NCBI GenBank assembly: GCA_964561855.1
Contig: CAZLQP010000002.1
Location: 64,475-128,474 of the forward strand
Length of the DNA stretch: 64,000 bases
Source: an uncultured Burkholderiales bacterium
Lineage (GTDB): Bacteria; Actinomycetota; Acidimicrobiia; IMCC26256; JAGPDB01
Direction of reading: 5' to 3'
Both the position numbers and the translations under genes were made by a program. The notes below the pieces were generated by a model, which did not search any database, was not told the origin of the DNA, and was given only the letters and a program-made list of their open reading frames with translations. Positions 1 to 10,493 of this stretch are shown here, in pieces. Each line of letters starts with the position of its first letter. Position 1 is the first letter of the stretch.

Positions 1-225
1 ACCATGAATTTTAGGATGCAGAGTCACAACGCGATGATCGAACATCTCCGGCATGCCTGTAACGTCTTCAACAGTGATTACAGGGATATTCGCATCCGCT
101 ATTGCTTTTGCAGTTCCTCCTGAAGAAACTATTTCTATACCTAATTGATGAAGACTTTGAACAAACTCTACGACACCAGTTTTATCGAAACATGAAATCA
201 AAGCTCTTTTGACAGGAAAACTCAT
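1..225 (-). CDS. purH: AICAR formyltransferase/IMP cyclohydrolase PurH, first 75 codons only (gene runs off the left edge)
   Basis: Hand translation of the reverse strand from the ATG at 225 gives [75 protein letters not shown]. This is the MGS-like PurH N-terminus. It starts 2 nt after the purN stop. Confidence 0.85.
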   Translation of the reverse strand, partial: MSFPVKRALISCFDKTGVVEFVQSLHQLGIEIVSSGGTAKAIADANIPVITVEDVTGMPEMFDHRVVTLHPKIHG

Positions 226-227
226 AA

Positions 228-839
228 TTACCTTTCATCTGATTGTGCAAAGTGTTCTGCACAAAATTCTCTGATTGCCTTTGGATACAATCGATGTTCT
301 ACTTTTTGAATTCTTTCATGAAGTGTGTCTTCATCATCATTGTCAAAGACTTCAACCGATTCCTGAGCCAAGATCGGGCCCGCATCGACTTCTTCTGTCG
401 CGATGTGAACAGTGACTCCGGTTAGCTTGACACCTGCTTTCAGAGTTGCTGTCATGGTCCCTCTCCCCCAAGTTCCAGTAAAAGCCGGCAACAAACTCGG
501 GTGTATGTTAAGAACTCGATTTTGATAACTTCTAAAAAATTCCGACGACAAGATTGTCATGAAACCAGCCATAACAACTAGATCAATTTCTTCTTGCTGT
601 AATGCCTTTAATACTCGATTTGTAAAGCCTTCTCTATCCTTCGTAAAACCAGTTCGATCGATGACAACGTATTTTACATTTGCTGTTTTCGCTTTTTCTA
701 TGGCGCCTATTCCATCGCGATCGCAAACTAAAAGTGCTACCTCAATACCGTCATCTAGGATTGCCTGAAAATTAGTACCAGAACCCGACGCTAAAACTGC
801 GATCCGAGGAGCATAAGGTTGTTTCATGGTATCTTTCAA
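228..839 (-). CDS. purN: Phosphoribosylglycinamide formyltransferase
   Basis: 203-aa [21 protein letters not shown] and [10 protein letters not shown] motifs. purH lies directly downstream. Confidence 0.93.
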   Translation of the reverse strand: MKDTMKQPYAPRIAVLASGSGTNFQAILDDGIEVALLVCDRDGIGAIEKAKTANVKYVVIDRTGFTKDREGFTNRVLKALQQEEIDLVVMAGFMTILSSEFFRSYQNRVLNIHPSLLPAFTGTWGRGTMTATLKAGVKLTGVTVHIATEEVDAGPILAQESVEVFDNDDEDTLHERIQKVEHRLYPKAIREFCAEHFAQSDER

Positions 840-848
840 GTTTTAATG

Positions 849-885
849 CTCTCACATCTCGCACTACATATGCCAAATGTGAGAG
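849..885 (-). other. Inverted repeat hairpin (9-bp stem ctctcacat/atgtgagag, 19-nt loop) between the membrane-protein gene and purN
   Basis: Read directly from the sequence. No clear U-tract follows, so its role is unknown. Confidence 0.4.
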
Positions 886-910
886 ATCAATACTTCACAA
901 AACTAAGGTT

Positions 911-1348
911 TTATTCGAAATCGTATTGGTAATCCCATGTTGTGGAATCAGTCAATAGCGAAAGTAGTAAACCTCCAACTATTAGAGCGATCACAACAAT
1001 TCCAAGAACAAGCCCTGCAATTGCCATTCCCTTACCTTTAATTCCATTCGGTGAGTTTTTGAATTTCACCAAAGACAACGCACCGAAAACTGTGGCGACA
1101 ATAGCTAGAATTGCTGCAAGAGGCCAACAGCAAATCGTTACTCCACCGACAATACCAGTAACCATTGATGTAATTGCAAAAGGTTCGTTCTTTGGTCCTT
1201 GGTTGTACCCACCACCTTGATAGTTCGGATTCATTGGTGGCATTGGAGGAGTAGGTGGCATCGGCGGTGGCGGTGGAGGCGGTGGAGTTGCTCCATAGTC
1301 GCCAGGATTAATACCATCATTATTTCCGTTGTTTGTTGGATCTGTCAT
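911..1348 (-). CDS. Pro-rich small membrane protein (DUF4190-like architecture)
   Basis: ORF with a PPPPPPPPPMPPTPPMPP tract followed by two hydrophobic helices. I prefer the ATG at 1348 (MTDPTNNG), which is preceded by GGGGGGA, over the ORF-track start at 1384. Confidence 0.7.
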   Translation of the reverse strand: MTDPTNNGNNDGINPGDYGATPPPPPPPPMPPTPPMPPMNPNYQGGGYNQGPKNEPFAITSMVTGIVGGVTICCWPLAAILAIVATVFGALSLVKFKNSPNGIKGKGMAIAGLVLGIVVIALIVGGLLLSLLTDSTTWDYQYDFE

Positions 1349-1415
1349 GTTTCCCCCCAAAGTCGATAAAAGACTAGTACCCATCTACTTAAAATGCGTG
1401 GATTTCGAAACAACT

Positions 1416-1487
1416 CCGGAGGACTGACCCTCCAAAAGGGACGAATTGCCTGAGCGATTAGTCCCTTTTGGAGGGTCAGTCCTCCGG
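1416..1487. repeat. GC-rich palindromic intergenic repeat, full-length copy (27-bp perfect arms ccggaggactgaccctccaaaagggac, 18-nt loop)
   Basis: Arms verified as exact reverse complements. The same element recurs at 39322, 56950, 35092 and 47363. Confidence 0.9.
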
Positions 1488-1491
1488 AAGG

Positions 1492-2376
1492 TTAAAGGGC
1501 TTTGACTATTTCTTCCATTGCTGGGCCGATTTCAGTCGGATTCAACACTACTGTTGCTCCAGCTTTCTCAAGTGCATCCATTTTTGACTGAGCTGTACCT
1601 TTACCACCAGAAATAATTGCACCAGCATGCCCCATCTTTTTACCTTCTGGCGCTGTAACTCCAGCAACATAAGCAACAACAGGTTTGCTCATCTTATTGG
1701 CAATAAATTCAGCAGCTTCTTCTTCAGCAGTCCCACCGATCTCGCCAATCATAATTACAGCTTTAGTGTCAGGATCTGCCTCAAAACGTTCTAGACAATC
1801 AATATGACTGATTCCAGGAACTGGATCTCCACCGATTCCAACACACGTTGTCTGGCCGATCCCTCTCATCGTGATCTCATGGACAGCTTGGTAAGTTAGC
1901 GTTCCTGATCGAGAAACAACTCCAACTGGACCGCCAGCCATTGCAATTTGGCCTGGGATAATTCCAATGTTGCACTCGCCAGGAGTGATGATACCTGGAC
2001 AGTTTGGTCCAAGGATACTTGTATTTGGAAATTCAGTTTTCACATGATTATAGAACTGCGCTTCATCGTGACTAGGTACGCCTTCAGTGATCACAACAAC
2101 TAGTTCCATACCAGCTTCAGCTGCTTCTAAAACCGCTCCCTTAACACCAGGTGCTGGAATGAAAATACAACTTGCTGTTGCACCAGTAGCTTCTTTAGCA
2201 TCTGCAACAGTCGCATAAATAGGAACACCATCAACATCTTCGCCTGCTTTTTTTGGATTAGTTCCAGCGACTACCTGGGTACCATAATCGCGATTTCGTA
2301 GACCGTGAAAACGCCCTTGGCTACCTGTTAAACCTTGATAGATAACCTTGGTGTCTTTGTTTACATAAATACTCAT
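1492..2376 (-). CDS. sucD: Succinyl-CoA ligase alpha subunit
   Basis: 294 aa. VIYQGLTGSQGRFH and SRSGTLTYQ motifs. Downstream of sucC. Confidence 0.96.
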   Translation of the reverse strand: MSIYVNKDTKVIYQGLTGSQGRFHGLRNRDYGTQVVAGTNPKKAGEDVDGVPIYATVADAKEATGATASCIFIPAPGVKGAVLEAAEAGMELVVVITEGVPSHDEAQFYNHVKTEFPNTSILGPNCPGIITPGECNIGIIPGQIAMAGGPVGVVSRSGTLTYQAVHEITMRGIGQTTCVGIGGDPVPGISHIDCLERFEADPDTKAVIMIGEIGGTAEEEAAEFIANKMSKPVVAYVAGVTAPEGKKMGHAGAIISGGKGTAQSKMDALEKAGATVVLNPTEIGPAMEEIVKAL

Positions 2377-2389
2377 ACTTCTCCTTAGT

Positions 2390-2425
2390 TAGGGTCAGAC
2401 CCTATTCGCTATAGGGTCTGACCCT
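2390..2425. repeat. Nested palindromic repeat (tagggtcagaccctat / atagggtctgacccta, 4-nt loop) in the sucC-sucD spacer
   Basis: Read directly. Each arm contains the self-complementary 13-mer agggtc(a/t)gaccct. It lies immediately 5' of the sucD Shine-Dalgarno AAGGAG. Confidence 0.85.
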
Positions 2426-2458
2426 ATAACAGTTTTGGGAGTTCGGACTCCCGATTGA

Positions 2459-3598
2459 TCACTTCGAAAGTTCCACTGCCTTTTTAGCTGCGTCCAACAT
2501 TGTTTTTGCTGGAATAACTTTCGGATTTGGATTCGCTTCTAAAATAGCGCGTCCTTCTTCGGCATTAGTTCCATCTAAACGAACAACAATTGGTGACTTC
2601 AATTCAACACGCGAAGTTGCTTCAATCACACCGTTTGCGACATCATCGCATTTCGTGATTCCACCAAATATATTCAAAAAGATAGCCTTGACTTTTTCGT
2701 CACTATTAACAACCTCGATTGCATTAGCCAATAACTCGGCGTCTGCACCGCCTCCGACATCTAGAAAGTTCGCAGGAGTTCCACCGACTTGATTAACAAC
2801 ATCCAGAGTAGACATAACAAGTCCTGCACCATTTCCTATGATTCCAATTTCTCCGTCAAGACCAATGTAATTTAAGCCTTTTTCTTTCGCCATTTTTTCT
2901 CTATCATCCAGCTCTTGTGTGCCTTCATAAGCTTCCCATTCTGGATGACGATAACTGGCATTTTCATCTAGGGTTACTTTTGCATCAAGGGCATGGACTT
3001 TGCCTTGGGGAGTTAAAATCAGCGGATTGATTTCAGCTAAATCACAATCTCCTTCTACATATGCTCGATATAATTTCAACAAAATTTCTACTGCACCTTG
3101 CTTAGCTTCTTCATCTAAGTTGGCAGCTTCAACCCACGCTCTACATTGTTCCTCAGTTAGGCCAATGTATGGATCAATCCATATTTTCGAAATCGCATCT
3201 GGATTTTCTTCTGCAACTACTTCTATTTCTACTCCACCTTCGGCGCTTAACATCCCAAGATGCTTTTTTGCAGAACGATCTAAAGTAAATGATGCGTAAT
3301 ATTCCTTTTCAATATCGCTTGCATGCTCAATCCACAATATTTTTACAATGTGCCCTTTGATATCGAGCCCTAGAATATTGTTTGCATGTTCACGAACTTC
3401 CGCTTCGTTATTTGCCAGCTTTACTCCGCCCGCTTTACCGCGTCCTCCAACTAAGACTTGGGCCTTAACCACAACTGGATAACCGACTTCATTTGCTACT
3501 GCAACAGCAGATTCAACATCAGTAACGGCCTTTCCTGCACTTACTGGTATATCAAATGAAGCAAATAGTTCTTTACCTTGATACTCTAAAAGATCCAT
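2459..3598 (-). CDS. sucC: Succinyl-CoA ligase beta subunit
   Basis: MDLLEYQGKELF N-terminus, ATP-grasp region. The ATG at 3598 sits 5 nt after AGGAG and is preferred over the GTG at 3604 in the ORF track. Confidence 0.96.
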   Translation of the reverse strand: MDLLEYQGKELFASFDIPVSAGKAVTDVESAVAVANEVGYPVVVKAQVLVGGRGKAGGVKLANNEAEVREHANNILGLDIKGHIVKILWIEHASDIEKEYYASFTLDRSAKKHLGMLSAEGGVEIEVVAEENPDAISKIWIDPYIGLTEEQCRAWVEAANLDEEAKQGAVEILLKLYRAYVEGDCDLAEINPLILTPQGKVHALDAKVTLDENASYRHPEWEAYEGTQELDDREKMAKEKGLNYIGLDGEIGIIGNGAGLVMSTLDVVNQVGGTPANFLDVGGGADAELLANAIEVVNSDEKVKAIFLNIFGGITKCDDVANGVIEATSRVELKSPIVVRLDGTNAEEGRAILEANPNPKVIPAKTMLDAAKKAVELSK

Positions 3599-3677
3599 CA
3601 ACACTCCTATTTAGGATGGTATATATTAACGCTGATACGTTACTAGAAGGCCTTAGGAAATCTCTAAATTAGAGAGC

Positions 3678-6215
3678 CTAACTAACTATTTGTAACGGAG
3701 GTGAGAGTGAAGCCATGAAAATTCGGATTTTGTCATCTGGAAAATCCACTTTAATCTCAACATCTCCGTTTCTTTGCTCTGAAACTTCTACTACTCTACC
3801 GGTTCCATATTTGGAGTGCTCAACAACTATACCGGCTTTAAAGGCATCGACATCAAAATCATCTGGGATCATGCTGAAATTCTCATCATTTACATCATCC
3901 GAAACATTACCCCATATTCGGTCGTGGATTTCTTGAGATGCTGCTCTATCTTGTTCGGCTCTTCTTTGCTTGTAGATAGAATTGCCGACGCTTTGCCCAA
4001 ATACTTTGCCACCACTGACTTCATCTGGGTGGATATCATCAAAGACCACATCGTCATATACATCTGAATATCTCGACTTGGGTCGAGATGGTTTTGAGCT
4101 TTGCTGAGTGTCATTAAAACCAGCAGGATCACGGTTAGCATTCACTAACTCGGCTGGGATTTCTCTTAAGAACCTGCTTGGCGAATAGTAATCTACAGAT
4201 GCATACATCATCCTCGACAGCGCACAGCTCAAATAGAGTTTTTCCATCGCCCTAGTAATACCCACATAACAAAGTCTGCGCTCTTCCTCTAGTTCTGAAA
4301 CATCTCCCATTGAGCGTTCATGTGGAAATAATCCTTCTTCTAATCCGACGATGAATACAACAGGAAATTCAAGGCCTTTGGCGCTGTGTAGAGTCATTAG
4401 CGTCACAAAATCTTCACTCTGATTTGTCTTATCTGATTCACTCAAAAGTGATACAGCTTCTAGAAAAGCATCGACTCTTTGTATTGAAGAATTGATATCA
4501 ACCAACCGCTCATCTTGGTCTCGAAATGCTTCCAATCGGTCTGAAAGGCCATCACTTTGCAATACTTTATTTGCAGTGCGCTCTGCATTTTTTTCTAAAG
4601 CCAAATCAAAATCATTAGCTTGTGTTACTAGTTCTATCAAGTTTTCAAGTCTTCCTTGAGATTCGAATGAACCCTCATCTTCTAATGCTTTAATATATCC
4701 AGTCTCTTTTAATAAGGAATCCAAAATGTCGGAAACTCTAAGCAATTTAGAATTAAGAATAGAATCGTATGCATCGTTTAAAGTTTCAAGACCTTTAATG
4801 ACTTTCTTTGAAACACCTATATTTTGAGCAGTCCTACAAGCCTCACCAAAAGAAACATCATTAATTCGAGCGTACTGTGCAATCTTTGAAACACTAGTTT
4901 CGCCAATTCCCCTTTTAGGTTCATTGATGATTCTTCGCCAAGATGCTTCGTCTGCTGGATTGACTAGCACCCGCAAATAAGCAATTGCATCTTTGACTTC
5001 TTTACGGTCATAAAACTTTGTACCCCCAATCAACTTATAAGGAATAGATCTTCTTATCAGCTGCTCTTCTATCAAACGCGATTGCGCATTTGTCCTATAA
5101 AAAACAGCAATATCATCGAAAGAATATTCTGATCTGAGCTCACTAATTGTCTCAGCTACATAATTTGATTCACCACGGTCGTCATTTGCATAATAAACAT
5201 TTATTTGTTCACCAAGACCTTTGTGAGAAACTAAATCTTTCTTATGTCTAGATGTGTTGTTTGATATAACCGCATTTGCAGCATTAAGAATGTTTTCTGT
5301 CGAACGATAGTTAGTGTTGAGCACAACTACTTCTGCATTTTGATATTGCTCTTCGAACCTCTGAAGATTTAGATGATCTGCTCCTCTAAATTTATAAATC
5401 GACTGGTCAGCATCACCTACTACTGTAATGTTTTTATGCTTTTGCGAGATTAGGTTCACTAGCTCCCATTGTGCAAGGTTTGTATCTTGGAACTCGTCGA
5501 CCAATACATGCGTGAAACGACTTTGATATTTTTCTCGCTTGTCTTCATGGTATTTTAAGAGTTCAACGCATTTAATCAAAAGATCGTCGAAATCAACGGC
5601 ATTAGCTGCCCGCAATCGGTGTTCATATTCGGCATATATCTTCGCAACAGTTGTTTGTGTCTCCATTTCGGCACGATCTAAAGCTTGGGCTGGCGTAATC
5701 AACTCATTTTTAAAACCGGAAATTGTCTTATATAAGCTTTTAGCTGCAAACCTTTTAGAATCGGCACCTATTTCTCGCCGCGAATACTCAATCAGCCTTG
5801 TTGCATCTGCAACATCATATATAGAAAAACCGCTTTTTACCCCAACTGGAGATCCATCAATACGCAATATACGAGCACAAGCAGAGTGAAAAGTAGATAC
5901 CCACATTCTTGCAGCAATAGGTCCGACTAAATGTGAAACGCGTTCAACCATTTCTGCTGCAGCTTTATTTGTAAACGTGATGGCTAAAATTTCGAATGGA
6001 GAAACTTTTTGTTCTGCAATTAAATAAGCAATTCTTCTAGTAAGCACTCGAGTTTTACCAGAACCGGCACCGGCCACTACTAACAGCGGGCCATTACCAT
6101 AGGTCACTGCATTATATTGCTGTTCGTTTAAATCCGCAGTAATTTCGTTCGAAGTACTTCTTAGCTCTTGATCTTGCAAAGATACGTCTGAGAAAATGTT
6201 CGCTGGAAAAGTCAC
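3678..6215 (-). CDS. pcrA: ATP-dependent DNA helicase PcrA/UvrD family with a long C-terminal tail ending in a Tudor-like segment
   Basis: 845 aa. Walker A AGAGSGKTRVLT, DEFQDT, and helicase motifs through VGITRA. The C-terminus has HSKYGTGRVVEV. Confidence 0.93.
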   Translation of the reverse strand: MTFPANIFSDVSLQDQELRSTSNEITADLNEQQYNAVTYGNGPLLVVAGAGSGKTRVLTRRIAYLIAEQKVSPFEILAITFTNKAAAEMVERVSHLVGPIAARMWVSTFHSACARILRIDGSPVGVKSGFSIYDVADATRLIEYSRREIGADSKRFAAKSLYKTISGFKNELITPAQALDRAEMETQTTVAKIYAEYEHRLRAANAVDFDDLLIKCVELLKYHEDKREKYQSRFTHVLVDEFQDTNLAQWELVNLISQKHKNITVVGDADQSIYKFRGADHLNLQRFEEQYQNAEVVVLNTNYRSTENILNAANAVISNNTSRHKKDLVSHKGLGEQINVYYANDDRGESNYVAETISELRSEYSFDDIAVFYRTNAQSRLIEEQLIRRSIPYKLIGGTKFYDRKEVKDAIAYLRVLVNPADEASWRRIINEPKRGIGETSVSKIAQYARINDVSFGEACRTAQNIGVSKKVIKGLETLNDAYDSILNSKLLRVSDILDSLLKETGYIKALEDEGSFESQGRLENLIELVTQANDFDLALEKNAERTANKVLQSDGLSDRLEAFRDQDERLVDINSSIQRVDAFLEAVSLLSESDKTNQSEDFVTLMTLHSAKGLEFPVVFIVGLEEGLFPHERSMGDVSELEEERRLCYVGITRAMEKLYLSCALSRMMYASVDYYSPSRFLREIPAELVNANRDPAGFNDTQQSSKPSRPKSRYSDVYDDVVFDDIHPDEVSGGKVFGQSVGNSIYKQRRAEQDRAASQEIHDRIWGNVSDDVNDENFSMIPDDFDVDAFKAGIVVEHSKYGTGRVVEVSEQRNGDVEIKVDFPDDKIRIFMASLSPPLQIVS

Positions 6216-6224
6216 CCTTATAAT

Positions 6225-6488
6225 TTAGGTGTTATTTGCGACAGAAACGCTGTCGTAGGAATTTTGGTATTCATCGAGTGCGATATAACCTCTCATGATC
6301 TGAGTCTTTTCACTATTTAGAAAAACCACGAATCCGCCACTATCGGCATCAATTTCCAATTCAAAGTAATTTTTCCAATCTCCATTTGGAACAATTTCTT
6401 CTGGATCGAGATCTTTCGGAATTCTTCTGAATCGTGAATTTGGTTCATCGAAAATCCACCAACTATTTGATGTAGGCAAAATAATCAT
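6225..6488 (-). CDS. Small hypothetical protein (87 aa, MIILPTSNSWWIFDEP...)
   Basis: Start moved to the ATG at 6488, which is preceded by GGGTGGTG. The longer ORF-track N-terminus has no RBS. No family recognised. Confidence 0.5.
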   Translation of the reverse strand: MIILPTSNSWWIFDEPNSRFRRIPKDLDPEEIVPNGDWKNYFELEIDADSGGFVVFLNSEKTQIMRGYIALDEYQNSYDSVSVANNT

Positions 6489-6582
6489 GAACACCACCCT
6501 GTCAAATATAAAGTAGATAAATTCTACAACGCAGGCCGATTTTTCGCCAATAGGACCATGAGTCCAGCATAAACTTCCAGGT

Positions 6583-7194
6583 CTAAGCGATCTCGAATGC
6601 TCTACAGCGAGCGATACCTGACCGACTACCAATAGACAGAACTTCTTTAAATGCTAAGTCGAGCTCTTGAAGATTTTGAGTATATTGTGTCAACAATGTA
6701 ATCAATTCTTGCGCAATTTCTAGTTGCCGAGAGATGTCTTGGGAAGTTTCTTTCTCTTCTAATAGCGCTACATATTGATCATATTGTCCCTTAATCTCGG
6801 TAAGGGTATCTTCCATAGTCTGTAGATTTTTAATACCACTATCCCAATCCTCGCGTTGATTAGCTGGAGGATTTAAAGCAGAAAAACCTTCTCTTAGTGA
6901 CTTTAACGACGATATCGCTTCATCGAAAGTCTCACCGTAGGTCGGATCTTTTGCAGGATCTAAACCAAACAACTTCTTGAAGACTACTGGATCCACAGAA
7001 TTACACACGTCTTGAACCTGTGTTTTAAATTCTCTAGTTCCATCCGCTCGAGTCGCTGTGACTTTTTGAGAATCGCGAGTACTAGTTGTTTCTCCTCCAC
7101 CAGATTCGCTAGATGAACATGATACGAATATAAAGACGATAATCAAAAAGAATGGTATCAAAAATCTAGTCTTCAAAATCAAAACCTTGTACAT
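6583..7194 (-). CDS. Putative lipoprotein (paralog of 7179..7739)
   Basis: Signal peptide with lipobox FVSC. Helical acidic body. Conserved N-proximal and C-terminal Cys. Confidence 0.7.
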   Translation of the reverse strand: MYKVLILKTRFLIPFFLIIVFIFVSCSSSESGGGETTSTRDSQKVTATRADGTREFKTQVQDVCNSVDPVVFKKLFGLDPAKDPTYGETFDEAISSLKSLREGFSALNPPANQREDWDSGIKNLQTMEDTLTEIKGQYDQYVALLEEKETSQDISRQLEIAQELITLLTQYTQNLQELDLAFKEVLSIGSRSGIARCRAFEIA

Positions 7195-7739
7195 TCACGG
7201 ATGTCATGCTCTTCTGCAAATTCTACAATAGCGTTGACTCTCAAATCGTTTCCTTTTACAAGCATGTCATATTCTTTTTGTAAATCTTCAATAACTTTTT
7301 GCTGCTCTTCAAAAATCTCAGGCTCAACCACTTCCCCTCTGCTTTGTTCGAACCTTGCTAACTTATTCAACGCCTCAAGAATTAAAGGAAATGAATCTCT
7401 AATCGCTGTGAAATCATCTATAAATGTTTCCCACTCATCTTTTAATTCCTCATCTGGATCAATCGCGGTGAGCTGAGCAATTATTTTGTCAAATTCCTCT
7501 TCGGCACTCGAAAGTGTCTCATTGAATTCATCGGTCTCTCTTAAAGAAAAATTAGCATTCAATGCATCCAGTGCAGTTTCGTCTATTGAAGTACATACTA
7601 AATCGACTTCGCTTTTGAAACGATCGCTAATTACAAAAACTTCGTCTTGGGAACTATTTTGTGAAGAATCAAGTAAAGAACAACTGACTAAGGACAACGA
7701 AACTATAACTACTAAAGATAAGGTTTTAATTATTCCCAT
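7179..7739 (-). CDS. Putative lipoprotein (paralog of 6583..7194)
   Basis: [20 protein letters not shown] lipobox. Start overlaps the guaA stop by 10 nt. Confidence 0.7.
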   Translation of the reverse strand: MGIIKTLSLVVIVSLSLVSCSLLDSSQNSSQDEVFVISDRFKSEVDLVCTSIDETALDALNANFSLRETDEFNETLSSAEEEFDKIIAQLTAIDPDEELKDEWETFIDDFTAIRDSFPLILEALNKLARFEQSRGEVVEPEIFEEQQKVIEDLQKEYDMLVKGNDLRVNAIVEFAEEHDIRECTRF

Positions 7740-9280
7740 TCGATTGTTCCTGGAGGTTTCGATGTCACATCATATGCTACACGGTTAACTCCTGGAACTT
7801 CGTTGATAATACGTTGAGCCATCTTCTCTAAAACTTCGAAAGGAATACGTGCAAAGTCAGCTGTCATTGCATCATCAGAAGTCACTGCACGAATAATAAT
7901 TGGGTAATCATATGTGCGTTCATCGCCCATGACACCTACCGATCTCACTGTAGGTAACACAGCAAAACTTTGCCATATCTCTCGATATAAACCAGCTCTT
8001 CTAACCTCTTCTACAACTATATTGTCAGCAGCCCTTACAATTTCTACACGCTCAGGGGTAATATCGCCAATGATACGAACGCCAAGACCCGGACCTGGGA
8101 ATGGTTGACGCCAAACAATCTCTTCAGGTAAACCTAGCTCTTCTCCAATTGCGCGGACTTCATCTTTGAATAGATTGCGCAGAGGTTCTACGAGTTCAAA
8201 TTTCATGTCTTCAGGCAAGCCCCCTACATTGTGATGGCTTTTAATCGTCGATGCGTCATCATTACCTGATTCAATAATGTCCGGATACAATGTACCTTGC
8301 ACAAGGAATTGTGTGTCAGATAGATCTTTTGCAATTTCTTCAAATACTCTGATGAAAGTCTCGCCGATAATTTTTCGTTTTTGCTCAGGCTCGCTTACAC
8401 CTGATAGAGCTTCATAGAAACGTTCTTGTGCTTTTACATGTATTAAATCAACTTTGAATTGATTCCGAAAAGTCGCTTCTACTTGCTCTGACTCGCCTTC
8501 ACGCATCAGTCCAGTGTCAACATATACACAGGTAAGTTGATCACCAATTGCTTTGTGCACTAAAGCAGCAGCAACAGCTGAATCTACACCGCCTGAAAGT
8601 CCACAAATCACACGTTCGTTACCAACTTGTTTTTGAATTGCTTGAACAGAATCAGAAATGATTGTTGTATAAGTCCATGTAGGATCGCAATGCGCTGCAT
8701 CATACAAAAATCGTTTAAGCACATCTTGACCACGGTCGGTATGCTTTACTTCTGGGTGAAATTGGACTCCATAAATTCCTCTTTGAGGGTTTTCTAATAC
8801 AGCCACAGGAGCATGTGGGGTATTTGCAGTTGTTCTAAAACCTTCTGGAGCCTGAGTGATTGCACATCCGTGGCTCATCCAAACATTTTCTTGTTCTGCA
8901 AGATCAGTAAGCAAAGTTGAAGAGTCCAATACGTTAAGTTCTGTCCGGCCATATTCTCCTGGCCCATCTTTAGTAACAGTGCCACCTAGTTGCTGTGCAA
9001 TTAATTGTGCGCCATAACAAATACCAAAAATTGGTATCCCGAGTTCATAGATCTCCGGATCCAAAGTAGGAGCTCCTGGTTCGAATACCGATTTTGGACC
9101 ACCAGATAAGATGATTCCTTGAGGTTTCTTATCTTTAACTTCTTTAGCCGTAATAATTCTAGGAACTATTTCTGAATAAACATGAGCTTCACGTACACGA
9201 CGGGCGATAAGCTGTGCATATTGAGCACCAAAATCAACTACTAGTACGATCTGATCAGGTTTAAGTGCAGAATCACTCAC
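7730..9280 (-). CDS. guaA: GMP synthase (glutamine-hydrolysing)
   Basis: 516 aa. GATase-1 CYGAQL, ATP-PPase SGGVDS, C-terminal GTIEWE. Confidence 0.97.
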   Translation of the reverse strand: MSDSALKPDQIVLVVDFGAQYAQLIARRVREAHVYSEIVPRIITAKEVKDKKPQGIILSGGPKSVFEPGAPTLDPEIYELGIPIFGICYGAQLIAQQLGGTVTKDGPGEYGRTELNVLDSSTLLTDLAEQENVWMSHGCAITQAPEGFRTTANTPHAPVAVLENPQRGIYGVQFHPEVKHTDRGQDVLKRFLYDAAHCDPTWTYTTIISDSVQAIQKQVGNERVICGLSGGVDSAVAAALVHKAIGDQLTCVYVDTGLMREGESEQVEATFRNQFKVDLIHVKAQERFYEALSGVSEPEQKRKIIGETFIRVFEEIAKDLSDTQFLVQGTLYPDIIESGNDDASTIKSHHNVGGLPEDMKFELVEPLRNLFKDEVRAIGEELGLPEEIVWRQPFPGPGLGVRIIGDITPERVEIVRAADNIVVEEVRRAGLYREIWQSFAVLPTVRSVGVMGDERTYDYPIIIRAVTSDDAMTADFARIPFEVLEKMAQRIINEVPGVNRVAYDVTSKPPGTIEWE

Positions 9281-10443
9281 GATTTTTTACCCATTCCTAT
9301 TTGTTGTGCTTGCTGTAAAAGTTTTCCTTCAGTTTGAAGTGATGGAGCAATCATTACTTCTGCTTTTTGAAATTCTTTTAGACTCGCATGACCTGTCGTT
9401 GCCATTGAAGTGCGCAGTGCGCCACAAAGGTTAAGAGTTCCATCATTTTCTTTTGCAGGTCCGATAAGAATTTCTTCAAGTGATGCTTTTTGACCAGCAT
9501 AAACTCTTGCTCCGCGAGGAAGCGTCGGATGAAATGTAGCCATACCCCAGTGATATCCTTTGCCTGGCGCTTCAGTCGCACTTGCTAAAGGTGAACCAAC
9601 CATTACTGCATCTGCTCCACATGCAAATGCTTTAGATATATCTCCACCGGTACGCATTCCGCCATCTGCAATAACATGTACATAAACACCAGTTTCATCT
9701 AAGTGCCTGATTCTTGCACCTGCTGCATCTGCAATAGCTGTGGCTTGTGGTACACCAATTCCAAGAACACCTCGCGAAGTACAAGCATGCCCTGGACCTA
9801 CACCAACCAAAATTCCAGCAGCACCGGTACGCATTAAGTGAAGTGCTCCTGAATAACTTGCACAGCCTCCGACGATCACTGGAATTTCTAGCTGACGAAT
9901 GAATTTTGTTAAATCTAGTGTCTCACCTGTTTTAGATACGTGTTCCGCACTAACTACGGTTCCTTGGATTACAAGTAGATCCAAGTCAGAATTCGAAACA
10001 TACTTCATATACTCGTTGACTTTTTGTGGAGTCAAAGAAGCACAAGCAGTAACTCCTGCATCCTTAATTTCTTTAATTCGCTCGGTTATAAGCTCGCCCT
10101 TGATCGGTTCTTGATAAATTTCTTGCATACGTTGCGTAGCTTTCTCTTTATCAAGTTCCGCAATTTCCTCTAAGACCTTTTGCGGATCTTCGTATCGCGT
10201 ATAAATGCCTTCCAAATTTAGACAACCAAGTCCTCCAAGTTTGCCCATCGCGATTGCAATTTGAGGAGAAACCACTCCGTCCATTGCTGAACCGATTATT
10301 GGAATATCGAATTTATATGCGTCAATCTCCCACGAAATATCTACATCTTCTGGATCACGAGTTCTTCGAGAAGGCACAATCGCAATGTCATCAAAGCCAT
10401 ATGCACGTCTACCTGATTTTCCTATACCAATTTCAACTTCCAC
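9277..10443 (-). CDS. IMP dehydrogenase-family protein without CBS pair (GuaB3-like)
   Basis: 388 aa. IMPDH barrel motifs ([13 protein letters not shown]). The size and the position beside guaA resemble mycobacterial guaB3. Confidence 0.8.
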   Translation of the reverse strand: MEVEIGIGKSGRRAYGFDDIAIVPSRRTRDPEDVDISWEIDAYKFDIPIIGSAMDGVVSPQIAIAMGKLGGLGCLNLEGIYTRYEDPQKVLEEIAELDKEKATQRMQEIYQEPIKGELITERIKEIKDAGVTACASLTPQKVNEYMKYVSNSDLDLLVIQGTVVSAEHVSKTGETLDLTKFIRQLEIPVIVGGCASYSGALHLMRTGAAGILVGVGPGHACTSRGVLGIGVPQATAIADAAGARIRHLDETGVYVHVIADGGMRTGGDISKAFACGADAVMVGSPLASATEAPGKGYHWGMATFHPTLPRGARVYAGQKASLEEILIGPAKENDGTLNLCGALRTSMATTGHASLKEFQKAEVMIAPSLQTEGKLLQQAQQIGMGKKS

Positions 10444-10493
10444 AATATTTACCTGTCTAGTTGGGGACTAATAAGTCATCCAGTCTACTTCAA

